Origin: Emiliania huxleyi CCMP1516
Lineage: Eukaryota
Direction of reading: 5' to 3'
Length of the DNA: 56,315 bases
NCBI RefSeq assembly: GCF_000372725.1
Contig: NW_005201984.1
Location: 402,414 to 458,728 of the forward strand
Shown piece after piece: positions 33,485 through 45,346 of this stretch. The notes below the pieces were generated by a model. The model had not been told where the DNA came from. It searched no databases and saw only the letters and a list, made by a program, of their open reading frames with translations. The position numbers and the translations under genes are program-made. Position 1 is the stretch's first letter. Each line of letters starts with the position of its first letter.

Positions 33485-35380
33485 CGCTGGCTATGGACTG
33501 TGCGAGAGGCGCTCGCCTGTATCATTTTATGTGTGCGAGTTGCATGTATACAGTGGTGAGATGGTGCTGCGTGTGCTGCGTGTTGCTGTTTCGGGGTGTG
33601 GTGTGTGCGGGATTTTTGTCAAGTTTCGAGGGAGAGGGTGTCTTTGGGGCCTGTGAGTGTGCTGGAGCGTACTGACGCGGGAGTAGATGCTTAGCTGTGC
33701 GAGGGGTGCCTGGGTGGAGGTGCGTTTTCCTTTTGCATTTTGGCCGAGAGGGGATTTGTCTTCCCGCGCGCGAGACACAAAGAGAGACAGAGAGAGAGAA
33801 CCCTGCACAAAAAGAGCACATGGGCGGGGACTGGCTCCTGTTTACCCATCTCCTAGTAGAGGTGTCAGTTTTATCTATTTATTTAGTTCTCGATCTCGAT
33901 GACGATCGTGTGCTCCGCCTCTCTCCAGTCCGCACATTAATGCGCCCACACACCGGCGACTGGGACCACAGCACTCTCAAAAGTCTCATAACTCAGAAGC
34001 CACAAGCACAACCCCGCCCCGCCGCCGCCGACAAGCGACATCTTACTTCTACCAAGAACCGACCATCCCAGGCACGGTGCTGTGCTGGCTGCTGATGATG
34101 ATGCCAGGGCGCAGGGGTGCCTGCGGGGAGGTCCAGCCCAACTGCGCTCGCGCCTCGCCCATCGAGCAGCCTCGCCCATCAATCAGGGAGATGATGTGCC
34201 CCCCCCCCCCCCCTCCCCCCTTTCCCATGCGGTCCCCCAATGAACGCCTGTGAGCGAGGGCGAGACACTAGTGGGTCCCTACCTCTGCTCAACACACGAC
34301 ACAGACACGTGTTGCGTCTCTTCTCGTACTTCCGACACAACCATTTCGGACAAGCTTCTGCCCGCGAGTAACCTGCACGTGGCGATCGGTCCAGCGCCGC
34401 GAGAAGCGACTCCAGTGGCGCATGCATCGGGGGAGTTGCTCTTTCATTTTACAGCTGCGAGTACCTGAGCGGTCGGTAGCAAGCTGGTTACAAGCGTATG
34501 ATTGTGCGGTATGGCTGGGGAGAGGAGACCGCAACGGAGGCAACGTTTCGGGACGAGGGGGATTGGACGGCGTGCACCTCGGGTACTTCTTCTTCGCGAA
34601 CTGCTCGAGCGCGACGTCCCTGGCTGTTGCCGAGCCCCCTGCAGGGTTCACGGGGAGGGAGCAGCAGAGATGGACTGGTGAAGGCTGCGTGCGCGACCGT
34701 ATGCTTCCTCAGTGGTGCACCTTTTGAGCTGATGGCGACGAGGATGCTCACGAGGACGAGGACCAGCAGGAGGACGGGCATGTCCGCGCAGCTTGTCGCA
34801 AGCGGCGAGGCCGAGAAGAGGAGCGTGACCTTCGGTGACCAGACTAGTATTCCGTTGACGCCGACATACGATCCGTTGAGCGGCAGAATGCAGGTGTGTT
34901 TCGCCACTCCCTGGATGACGTCGCCCTCGATGTCCTTGGTGTGCGCCTGGTGAAGCTCGAACTCCTTCATCTGCTGCAGTTCCTGCTTCTCCGACTCGCT
35001 CAGACCCACGATGAATGCTCGGTCCTCGTCTTGCATCGTAGATTCATACGCCATCCACCGGTCGGCCTGCGACTCGCCTGAGTAGTCTGTGGGACGCGGG
35101 AGGGAGACATGGCCAGTAGCGTGGCGGTAGTGAGCACTGCCGCAACGGTGATGGGCCAGCGGCAATGGTGTCTTGGAGCGCGACGGCGGTGGGTGGACGG
35201 AGAGGCCAAAGCGAGGGTATATGAGCACACCGTACGAAAGTAGTTCTGGAAAAGGTGGCGCTCCGTCATCTTCCAGGGCGATGGCGTGCTGCACCACAGA
35301 AAATCGATTTCATTCGAGCAGGCACCCAACACCGTGATAAGAAAAAACAACATTTCACATACCGCACCAAGTGCTCCACT

Positions 35381-35646
35381 AGCAGGAGAACTAGGAGAGC
35401 GCAACCAGTAGGAGGCCCGCGCCTGCCCCCGTGCCGCCGGGTGCAACTTTGTCCTATACGAGAGGGGAATCCCTGGGACCCTGTCGTGTGGGTGAACCCT
35501 GCCCAGCCCCCCTCCGTGTCGCGATGCGCTCCCCGCTCCCGTTCCCCTGTGTCCCTGATCGTCCTTACAAGATCCTGCTCGCGCAGGTGGGGACCCTGTC
35601 CTTCTCCCACCCCTTGTTTGGTGTGTCCGTTTTATTTATTTATTTA
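35381..35646 (+). mobile_element. SINE/LINE-like 3' fragment with (TTTA)n tail, copy 1
   Basis: Reverse-complement match to 48071-48342; ACTAGCAG duplicated at 35378-35385 and 35646-35653. Confidence 0.75.
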
Positions 35647-35800
35647 CTAGCAGACCTTGCGCGCACGCGCGCCAAATTTGTTTTTCTGTCTAGGAGAGAG
35701 AGAGCCTTTGTGGTGTTGGTGTACGCAATAACGGGACAGGGTGGTTGTTCTCTCTATCTCCTCTTCTAGCTCTTAGCATGAGCTGCGCCCTGTGTCCGAC

Positions 35801-35932
35801 CCCTTTTGCGCAGCAACACCTTAAACTTTCAGGCCCTCCAAATTCGGGTCGGAGCGTAGCGGAGTGGGCCCCGAGTTTGAAAAGGGCGACGGACGCTTGC
35901 GTCCTAGCCTCCAACAACGCCTCCCCGGCGCA
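35801..35932 (+). repeat. ~130-bp dispersed non-coding repeat, copy 1
   Basis: Almost identical to 47708-47840. Confidence 0.8.
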
Positions 35933-36113
35933 GAGGGGCCCCCGGAGGGATGCACAACCGCTCCACGCCACGCCGCTTGCGGCGGTCCTCTTCCCAGCTC
36001 CGCTGAGGGCAGGTGCGTTATTTTTTTTTCTGCACTGCGGCACCAGGCGCCATAAGCGCGCGAGACCCGAGTGCCACAAGCGCTAATCACCCTGAGCGCG
36101 GCCGCAAACCTGC

Positions 36114-37251
36114 ATGAAGCGCGTCGTCAACTGTCGCTGCATCCAGCGTGTTGTACTAAGTGCCATCGGCTGGATCGACTGGGTGCGGGCGCTGGCGCGC
36201 GGTCGTGCTGCGCTCTCTCCTCCGACTCTGCCCACCCACGCTGCAGGCCTTCTCGCTGCTGCTCCGAGTCGTTGGGCCAGTTCTGGTGCGCGCCTGCGTG
36301 GAGCACATCCCGCCGCGACCTCTCTCGCTCCCTTCTCTCTTCTCGCACACTCTCCTGCCGCCTCACAGGTGGTTCTTGCCAACAGCCTCATCGCGCTCGT
36401 GTCGGTGCAGTGGATATTCGGCCTGGCGCCCGTGTACGTCACCGCGCCTTACGGCGTCGTTGCCAGCGGGCTCGTGCACGCGTTTGGCATCTACCTCCTC
36501 CTCAACATCCTCTTCAACTATTGGGGCTGCCTGCTCACCCGGCCGGGCTTCCCCGGCGACCACCTCGCGGCGGTCGAGGCGGCGGCGGAGCGGGCGACGC
36601 GCGACTCGACGGTGCCGCGCGTGCGCTTCTGCAAGCGGTGCCGCGTGCCCAAGCCGGCGCGCACGCACCACTGCTCGGTGTGCAACCGGTGCGTGCTGAA
36701 GATGGACCACCACTGCCCGTGGGTCAACAACTGCGTCGGCTTCTTCAACTACCGGTACTTTCTGCTCTTCCTGCTGCACCTGGCCGCCGGCTGCGTCTTC
36801 GTCATGTGCACCTGCCTCCTCGGCCACCTGCAGGGCCACGACCTGCTCTCCGCCCGCAACTCCTCCGTCCTCTTCGTCGCGGTGCTCTGCTCGTCGGCGA
36901 GCTTCTGCTCGGCGTCTCGGACTCTTCTCGGACCCTTCTCGGACTCTGCTCGGACCCTTCCCGTAGGTGCTGTGTGCGCTCGGCATCTTCCTCTTCTGGC
37001 ACGTCTACCTCGTGCTCACCAACCAGACGACGATCGAGTTCTACTCGAACCGGATGGACGCGATGGAGGCGCGCCGCGAGGGCCGCACCTTCCGCAACCA
37101 GTACTCGCTCGGCTACCGCGCCAACGCGGAGCAAGTCTTTGGGCCTCGCACCCGCTCCTACCTCGGGTGGACGCTGGTCAGCCGCACGCGGCCGCCGGGC
37201 GATGGCGTCGACTGGCCGACGCACCCGCGCGAGGCCCTCCACCACGTGTAG
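36114..37251 (+). CDS. DHHC-type palmitoyltransferase, 4 exons
   Basis: [42 protein letters not shown]; introns about 36186-36246, 36286-36368, 36897-36966. Confidence 0.95.
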
Positions 37252-37508
37252 CCCCGCACTGCCACTGTGGAGCGTGGAGAGCTCATTTTTGCGAGTCAGA
37301 CTGGTGGAGTGTGTTGAGCGCCCCGCCTGCGTTTATTGTGCCCCTCTTTTTGGATTGAGCGCGCGCGTATGCTACGTGGGGAACATGCGGGAGCAAAACC
37401 CTTTATCTTCGATTGAGACGATTCAAACACACCGCGGCGGGAGTGGCAAAACCCACACACATCTACTACGCGAGAGAGGGAGCCGTAACTAAGACAGCTC
37501 ACTTTAAT

Positions 37509-40043
37509 TCAGGAAACTGACCTTCTTCCGCCCACCACCCGCACTCCGAGCTTCGCCTTCCCTTTGCCAGCTTTGGATCGTCGCGCAGGCGCCTGCAGCC
37601 CCCGAGCGTGCGCGGCCTCTTGCTCTTCCGCCAGAATTAGGCTGAGACCAGTGCGACTGGGTCGGCCGTGAGCTGGGCCACGGCGTGCGTATATGCTTGC
37701 AGGTGGGGGATCAGGCGGTCGCGCGAAGGTAGCGGTCGTGCAAACGGGATGGCAAGCAACATCGTCGAGCTCAGCCGGCTCGTGGCATGCGCGTGGCTGG
37801 CTGGCTTGCAGCCCACCGTCCCGAATGTCTGCTAGCGACACGACTGTGAAGTCGTGTGGATGCGCCAGCGCTTCTGGGGCAGCGTCGGGCTCATCAGTCG
37901 GCATCACTGCGAACCCGTTTCGCCTCACCTTCAGCAGCATCGTGGCGGCGCGCACAAAGCAGAGGGCGCAAGACAGAAGGAGTAGAAATCCGGCGAACAA
38001 GGGTGCTCTGCGGCGTTCCAATGAGGCGGCCTCCGGCGGACCCTGGGGTTGTGGCGGTGGATCGAAAGTCTCTGGAACCGGCGCCGATGCCGGAGCCGGT
38101 GCCAATGCCGGTGGTTGAGGTGGTGGCAAGAGCAAGAGCGGTGGGCGCGGTGGGAGCGACGGTGCTCCTGCGCTCGCGAAGGAGCACGCCCAACCGGCGG
38201 GGCACGCACCCGTGCGACAGTGGGCTAGCGTCGGGAAGTTGACGTAGCAAGTGTAAGCAGGGTCTGAGCAACAGCGCTGAGACCAACAATTGGCGAGTGG
38301 GTCCAGCGCGGTGGAGCATTTGAAGCGCCCACCCATAGCCAGCGACTCCGCCTCTTGTGGCGGCGGAGGCGGCAGCAAGCTGGGAGAGGGTGAGCTGACC
38401 TGGCCGCTCCACACGCCGTTGAGGAGCCGCATCAATGGCACGTCCTCCGTCTCGCGGCGCTCCTTGTCCTCGTGGACGAGCTCAAACCCCCACTTTTCGT
38501 TGCGGTACGAGCGCCATATCCACAGAGCTGAGTGGATGCGTCGCTCTTCAAACAAACCAGCCACGTCCGAGGCATAAGCTAGCCGGCCGGAGCGAACCGA
38601 GTGCTTGACACCCCACTGATTCGAAAAGACGGGCACCCGGTGTGTGCGTGCGAGGGTCGATGGGTAGTCAAGGAGCGTCTCCAGCCAGCTGCGGTCGACG
38701 CGCACAACCTGCGACGCGTTGTCGCAAAAATTGCGGACCCATCCCCGGAATGCGACCCCACAAGGGTAGTCGCCAGGGTATCCCAAGCCTTCAGCGGCTG
38801 GCTCGGCGGTAATGAAGTCCCACGGGTCATAGAAGTCGAAGGTGTAGAGCACATCAGGCATAGGCGCACCCGTCGGCAGTTGTAAAATCATTGACGAATT
38901 GAGCTGCCACACCTTGTAGTATGGTGTCGGACCAACGACGCATGGTATGGGGATGCGGCGATCGGCAAGATGCACACCGCTGCACACGCTCTCGTAAAAC
39001 CTCCGGACCGTTGCTTGCTCAGTGACCTTCGAGCGTGGCTCAGACATGACCTCGAAGCCCGCGAGCATGGGCTGGTCAACCATCGCTCCCGCTATGTGTC
39101 TCCACATTGCCTCGAAGGCGCTCGCAAGTCTTGTGTCGTGGAAGACGTCGGCAGCTTCTGGGTAGGACTCCCCCGCCGCGAATCTGGCCTTCGCGGCGAT
39201 GATGACCCAAAAGCCTGCGTCGGCGAGACGTTGCACAGCGGTCCGAAGCGCGTCGAGGCAGTGAGGTGCGAAGTAGCCGGTAGACTCGTCGTCAACGCAG
39301 CAGCGGTCAGCAGGGGCACAAAACGGGGGAGAGGAGCCGTCCGTTGGCGGCGGGGCAGGTGGCGCATCATGCCAAAACACACCAACAAGGCGCACGAGGT
39401 TGGCAGCAGGAAGGAGCTTCCGCAAGAGCGCAATGTCGTCGAAGCGCAAATAATCGAGAAAGATGTTCACCCCGTGCAGTAGCAGCTCCTCGCCACTGCT
39501 GGAGTCGAGTAGTCGCTCGCCCTGTACTATGATACGACGAGGTGCCTCAGACTCTGCGGCCTCCGCTGCGGCCTCCGCGGCCGCCTCAGACTCGGCCTCA
39601 GCAGCGTTGGCTGCTGCGACTCTCGCATCGTCCGCATCTGCCGATGGCACCTCGACCCGCCAGAATGTCGATGCGCCGAGCTGGACACAAAATGAAACCG
39701 GCTCGCCATCACCGACTCGGAGGGTACATCTGCCGCCTCTGCCAGAATAGTCGAAGGCGAGGCATTCCGGAAACGCATCGTCACATGCAGCCTTGCACAT
39801 GTCAATGCTGACCTCTTCCAGCGGCGGAGACACTTCGATCGCATCCTCGCAGTCCACCATAGATGCGCCAGCGGAGGCATACACGTGGTCGATCAACTCA
39901 ACGGGCACGCAGAACTCACACGAGCGACACTTACAGAATTCGCAATGCGACGTCTTTTGTCGCAGAGAGCACCAAGCAGCGCAGCCTGCGGTCAGCGCAT
40001 CCTTTGGGATGCTGGACGTGCATACGGATCCTGCTTGCAGCAT
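37509..40043 (-). CDS. GH5 (cellulase-fold)-like membrane-anchored protein with Cys-rich/PAN-like modules; start uncertain
   Basis: LLLHGVN, NLVRL, WRHIA, GFEVMSEP, YTFDFYDP, VPVFSNQWG, ALWIWR; C-terminal Cys-rich module, Pro linker and TM LFAGFLLLLSCALCFV. Confidence 0.75.
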   Translation of the reverse strand: MLQAGSVCTSSIPKDALTAGCAAWCSLRQKTSHCEFCKCRSCEFCVPVELIDHVYASAGASMVDCEDAIEVSPPLEEVSIDMCKAACDDAFPECLAFDYSGRGGRCTLRVGDGEPVSFCVQLGASTFWRVEVPSADADDARVAAANAAEAESEAAAEAAAEAAESEAPRRIIVQGERLLDSSSGEELLLHGVNIFLDYLRFDDIALLRKLLPAANLVRLVGVFWHDAPPAPPPTDGSSPPFCAPADRCCVDDESTGYFAPHCLDALRTAVQRLADAGFWVIIAAKARFAAGESYPEAADVFHDTRLASAFEAMWRHIAGAMVDQPMLAGFEVMSEPRSKVTEQATVRRFYESVCSGVHLADRRIPIPCVVGPTPYYKVWQLNSSMILQLPTGAPMPDVLYTFDFYDPWDFITAEPAAEGLGYPGDYPCGVAFRGWVRNFCDNASQVVRVDRSWLETLLDYPSTLARTHRVPVFSNQWGVKHSVRSGRLAYASDVAGLFEERRIHSALWIWRSYRNEKWGFELVHEDKERRETEDVPLMRLLNGVWSGQVSSPSPSLLPPPPPQEAESLAMGGRFKCSTALDPLANCWSQRCCSDPAYTCYVNFPTLAHCRTGACPAGWACSFASAGAPSLPPRPPLLLLPPPQPPALAPAPASAPVPETFDPPPQPQGPPEAASLERRRAPLFAGFLLLLSCALCFVRAATMLLKVRRNGFAVMPTDEPDAAPEALAHPHDFTVVSLADIRDGGLQASQPRACHEPAELDDVACHPVCTTATFARPPDPPPASIYARRGPAHGRPSRTGLSLILAEEQEAAHARGLQAPARRSKAGKGKAKLGVRVVGGRRSVS

Positions 40044-40289
40044 TGGTCGCTCTGCGCTATGGCGGATCCTATGGCCTTGATGTGCGCAATGGGCGCGAGC
40101 GCCCGTCGTCGCGCGAAGGGCAGAAAAAATTCCTTTAAGAAAACAGAAAACGAAAGTCGCGGCGAGTTTTTCATGTATTACTCTTCCTTTCAATCTTTTG
40201 CACAGCAGCCGAAGCTGATCCGATTTATATATTCCGACCGTCCGCGCGTTCTTTCGCCTGTCGGCCTCGTCGGGTCGGGCTCTTACACC

Positions 40290-42024
40290 ATGCCGATCAG
40301 CAAAGGCGTGGTGGTAGTGGTCGATCCGGCCACCACCGGCGGTGCGTTGGCGGTTGAGGTCTCCAAGAGGGGCTACGAGGTCATCGCTCTCTGGACGGAT
40401 GAATGCGCGGGGATGGAAGACCATGTCAACCAGGAGACGGCAGCGTGGAAGGAGTCCAAAGGCTACTTCTGCGAGCTCAAGGAGCGGCCGACGATCGAAG
40501 ACACGGCGGCGTACGTGGTCAAGCTCTCGGGCGGCAAGCCGCCGCTCGCGATCATGTGCGGCGCCGAGAGCGGCGTCAAGGTGTGTGACAAGTTGACCGA
40601 ATTCCTGAAGATGCGCGGCAACACCACTGCAAACGGCATGGAGAACCGGCGGGACAAGATGGTGCAACAGAATGCTGTCAAGAAGACTGGAGTGCGCGCC
40701 GTCCGCGGTCTCGACGGCAAGGTCTGGGAGGGCGAGATAGAGGAGTTTGTTGACTCCGAGCCGTTTCCAATTGTCGTGAAGCCGGTGGAATCCGCGGGAT
40801 CCGAGGGCGTCAAGCTAGTGCGAACCAAAGAGGAGGCACAGGCGCACTTTCACTTGCTCATGAACTCGCAGCGCATGATTGGAGCCTCCGATGCCGCGGT
40901 GTGCATCCAGGAGTTTCTCAAGGGGACCGAGTGCGCTCTCACAAGCACAGTCCCCATCCAGCGCTGCCGGCCCTCAGGCCTCACCTCTCCCCTGCTGCAG
41001 GTACGTGGTTGACCAGGTGTCAAAGGACGGATACCACAAGACGATGATGGTCTGGCAGTATGACAAGCGGCCGCGCAACGGCTCGCAGTTTGTCTACTTT
41101 GGTGTGCTCCCCTGCTCAGCCCACAATCGCCGTTCCCTTTCACAGACCAATGCCCGCGCCTCCCCGCACAGGAATGGTGCCGGTCAACCCCCAGTCCAAG
41201 ACAGCACAGTGGCTGATCCAATACACCCGCTGCGCACTGGACGCGATCCACTTCAAGAATGGGCCGAGCCACAGCGAAATCATGATGACTGCGCAAGGCC
41301 CGTGCTTGGTCGAGATCAATTGCCGGTGCCATGGCGGCAATGGCGCATGGATGCCGCTGGCCTCAGCTCTCACCGGGGGCTACAACCAGGTGGTGAACGC
41401 CGTCGGAGCCCTGCTCTTGGCCTCGGGCTCAGAGCGCCCCCGGCCATGGCGTAGGTCACCGCAAGCATCGACTGCTACCTCGACGACGCGGCTTGGAACG
41501 AGCTCCCTTCGGCGCCCGCCTATCCCTTCAAGGGCAGCGGCTGCAACATAATGTTCGTCTCCTACGTTGACGGCAAGGTGGTCTCGTGCCCGGGCTACGA
41601 GGAGATCAAGAACTTTAAGTCGTACGTCCACGTCGACGAGGACATTTCGCCGGGCGACTCAATCAGCAAGACGATCGACCTCTTCACCTCGACCGGCCAG
41701 TGCATCCTCAGCCATCCGGACCCGGCAGTGGTCGAGGCGGACGTGAAGCGAATTCGCCACCTTGAGAACTCCAACAAGATGTTTATAGTCGAGGGCGTCA
41801 CCGCGGACGAACGGGCTTCGATCGCCTCAGAAAGGACCTCTACCGTGCGCCCGTCGATGGTCGACCGCATGCAAGAGCAGCACGCCACGGCCGAGCTCAT
41901 GGCAGCGCAGATCGAGTACGACGCCAAGGTGGCGGAGGAGAAGAAGAAGTCGACCGTGCTCGCAGCAGGAGCTGCCGCCGCTGTTGGGACACTGGGCGCG
42001 GCACTCTTGATGGTGAAGAAGTAA
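40290..42024 (+). CDS. ATP-grasp carboxylate-amine ligase (L-amino-acid ligase/DdaF/NikS-like), 4 exons
   Basis: VVVDP..TG, GAESGV, RRDK, IVVKPVESAGSEGV, QEFLKGTEYVVD, HSEIM...PCLVEINCR, KTIDLFT; introns about 40931-41000, 41102-41171, 41390-41454. Confidence 0.85.
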
Positions 42025-42543
42025 TCTCGACCCCGCAATCTACGCCCCTGACACGCGAGTTTTGATGGGAGCAACACGATGTGAGTGCGAAGGCGAACCG
42101 GCGCTTGGCGTTTCAGGTGTGTAGGTCCAGCTTGAGCGTGCGGGAGATAACTCAAAAAGTACGCTCTCGCTCCCGCGCCGCGCGCTCTGTGCATCTTGAA
42201 GCTAGTCACAAGTCAGTAGCTTCTCACGACCCTGGCCACGACCCACTGGGGGACTCAGGGGGGGGGGGGGGGGGGCTGAGCCTGTGAGGCTTGAGAGCCC
42301 CAGGCCTCGGTGCCGGATTTTCATTCGAACATCATCCTCTTTTTCCACCGCGCAGACCGGCACAGAGTTTGACCGTTTTCATTCGTTGGAACGAAAAACA
42401 AAAAAACAGTCTGCGCAACCGATTCATCACAAGACACAAAATGTAGATGTGGAAGAGGAGCGATGCACACACTCAGGTACGGCGCTCTTCGGATGTATGT
42501 AGCCGCACTCAACCCACACAACACCGATCGAGAACCCTCACAC

Positions 42544-45346
42544 TCATCTCCGTAGCTCGGCACGCATCACCTGCTCAAGCCGGTCCGCTGCGTCTTGCGC
42601 ACTGGCGACACCCTCCTCGGCGGATTCTCCTCGCCACGCGACGTGCCCGTCGGGGCGGACCAGCACCGCGCAAGCCGGGCTCGCCGCCAGCTTGCTCCTC
42701 CACCCCCCCGGGTCTTGCACGAGGAGGGCGCCAGGTGCGGCCGCTGCGCTGAGCTCCTCCACGGCCGAAGTGGCGACGGCGACTACGCGCAGCATCGGCG
42801 GCGGGGCGTCGCGCTCCGAACCGCCGCTGGAGCGCAGAAGCATCGCCGCCCCGCCGCCCCAGTAGCCTGCGTCCTCCGCGTCGACGAAGAGAGTGAAGGC
42901 GGCGGGCGAAACGCTCTCCGGCGGCAGGATCTCGCCGCCGCCGGACGCGGCATGGAGGAGGTCCAGTGAGGAGACCGGCTCCGCAGGGTCCGCCTTTGGT
43001 CGCTCCTCGGGCCCGCCCTCCTTCCCGCGCGGCACGGCGTGCAGCCAGTGGTGCGGCAGCCGCGTGCCTGGACGGGTGCAGGGCGGGTCAAAAAAGTGGA
43101 ACGGGCGCGCTCACGGGCATGCGGGAGCCGCGCACCTGGCGCTCCGCACAGCCGGAGGGTCTCGTCCTCCACCTCCGCCTCAGTCTCGTCCAGGCCGAGG
43201 GCCTGGCGGCGCGGCGCGTCGCGAGCGGGGTACGCAAAGCCGAGCTCGTGCCGAGGAAACAGGAGCGGCAACGCGCGTCGCTCCGAGACGACGGCGGCCG
43301 CCGCCGCCACCCGCGCGTCGCCGACGCCGGCCGCTGCGCCGGCGGCGTTGAGTCGGTCCGCGAGCGGCGTCGCGCGCGCAGCTCCGCTCTCGCGGTCTCC
43401 GAAGGAGGAGAGGAGACCCGACCGGGCGAGGTCGAGGGCGGCGCTGGCGGTCTGCGCCACGCGGCGCGAGCCGAACGCCCTCGCGACCGGCGCGGGCGCG
43501 GCGCGCGACGCGGCGCCCAGAGCCCCCGCCGCGAGGTCGGGCGCTGCAGCGGGCAGGCCGAGCGCCTCAGCCACCCTCAGGCCTCGCTCGTAGTTGTGGA
43601 CGGCGAGGCGCGCGTTGGCGTGGGCGACAGGGCGGCGCTCGGCGTCGTAGCTCGAGAGGAGCCGCTCCTACTCGCGGAAGGCAGCCCCTCACGCTCGATC
43701 CACCGCCTCGACCCTCCGCCTACGGGAAGCTCGCTCCGACGCGGACCCGTGGTGGACCGCGGCGAGCTTCCACGCGATGTTGTGCGCGTCCTGCAGGCCG
43801 GTGTTCATGCCGAAGGCGCCCGCAGGAGGGAACTGGTGCGCCGCGTCGCCCAGCAAGTGAACCTAGAGAGCAGCACCGAGGCCGTCGGTGGGCCCGCGGC
43901 TCGGCCGCGGTGAGCCTGCGCCGCCGAGGGCGTGGCGTGCCGGTCCAACCGACATGCGCTGGGCGACCTTGGCGGACATGCGCCACGCGCCCGCCGAGCA
44001 GACAGAGAGGTCCGGGAGAGGCCCGCCTGCGGACGCGTCAAGGGACGTGCCAGGGGACGCGTCAAGGACGTGCCAGGGGACGCGTAATGGGGCGGTGTCA
44101 TGGGGCGGTGCCATGGGCCGGTGTCATTATGCGATGGGTCGGTGTCGTGAGCAGCGCGGAGGGTCGGCTAGCAGCCCGCCGACGAGCTCTTCGATGATCC
44201 GTCCGCACTCGGCGACGTCGAGCGCCGTGCCGTCCTGCGGCGGTGGGAAGGAGGGCGGCACTGTTGAGAGACATCGCAGCATGATGGTACAGACTAACAT
44301 CCAGTCCTGCAGCGGCGGGAAGAAGGGCAGCTGCGCGACCCACTCGCCGCGCCTGCCCGGACAAACAGCGGTGAAGAGGCGCGGCTCAGCGTGGAAGGAG
44401 GGCCGGGCGGGAGCCTAGGCCGCGCCCCATGTGATGCGCCACGAGCACCGCCACCGCCTCCGGGTGGAAGACGAAGTAGAGCATCGCCGGCCTGGGGAGG
44501 GGGAGAGCGCGGCCAGAGGTGGGCGCGGGGAGGGCGGCCGGCTCCAGGCGGCCAGCTCGGGGACGCGAGTCTGGGCGCGGCCACACCGCTCAGCGAGGCG
44601 CTCAGCGAGCGATGGCGCGCGGAAGTGCACGCTCTTGAAGTGCTGCAGCGGAGGCGGTCCTATGTACGGCTGGGCGTGTCAACGGCGCCTCCTCACGCGC
44701 TTGAAGCCCCGCTGCAGCAGGCAGCACCCGAGAGGCGGAGGCCGAGCGCGCGGCGGACGGGAGAGTGCGCACCGTCGCACGCGAGCAGAGCACTCCCCTC
44801 CATCTCGATCACCTCGCCCTCGCCGCCTCCCTCCCCGCCGCCGCCGCGTGTGGCTTGCCGCGCCTCGACGCGAACTCCTCCTCCGGGCAGCACGTCGAAG
44901 TGGGCGCACTCGTAGCCAAAGAGGAGCTGCGAGCCGGCCTCGGGGGCGAGGCGCGCCGCCTCCTCGCGCAGCACCTCCTCGAGCCCCGGCTGCGACACGT
45001 GCGTCAGCCGTGCGGGCGACGCCTCTTGCAGCACGTCCCACGCCGGTGTCGCCATGTGGTCGTCGCACGCAATCTGTCGGCCAAGGAGGCTCCGGCAGTA
45101 CCGAAACTCGCGCCACTCGCGCATCGGCGGAGCGAGCGACTCCACCCGCTGGTCGAGCCCCACCTCGCGGAACAGCTCCATCGAGCGCGTGTTGATGAGG
45201 TGCGCTCGCGGGTGCGGGATGCCTGCGCGCTGGCGCTCCAGCAGGATGGAGGGCACGCCAAAGCGCGAGAGGAGCACCGACGTGTAGAGGCCGACCGGAC
45301 CGCCGCCGGCGATGAGCACCGGCGCGCGGGCGGGCTTCGGCGGCAT
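42544..45346 (-). CDS. FAD-dependent aromatic monooxygenase (PheA/TfdB family), multi-exon
   Basis: VLIAGGGPVGL, ACDGAHSPVR, GDAAHQFPPAGAFGMNTGLQDAHNIAWKL, YDAERRP, PGARLPH, VLVRPDGHVAWR. Confidence 0.92.

Noticed and set aside
34488..35297. 269-aa minus-strand ORF
   Set aside because: Partly protein-like but no recognisable domain or consistent exon structure; left uncalled
35801..35815. CTTTGCGCAG resemblance to the U4 snRNA 5' end
   Set aside because: Similarity stops after about 10 nt; no Sm site or U6-pairing continuation
40044..40667. N-terminal 200 aa of the 1052-aa ORF 37509..40667
   Set aside because: It is the antisense of the ATP-grasp gene and its promoter; open by chance in GC-rich DNA
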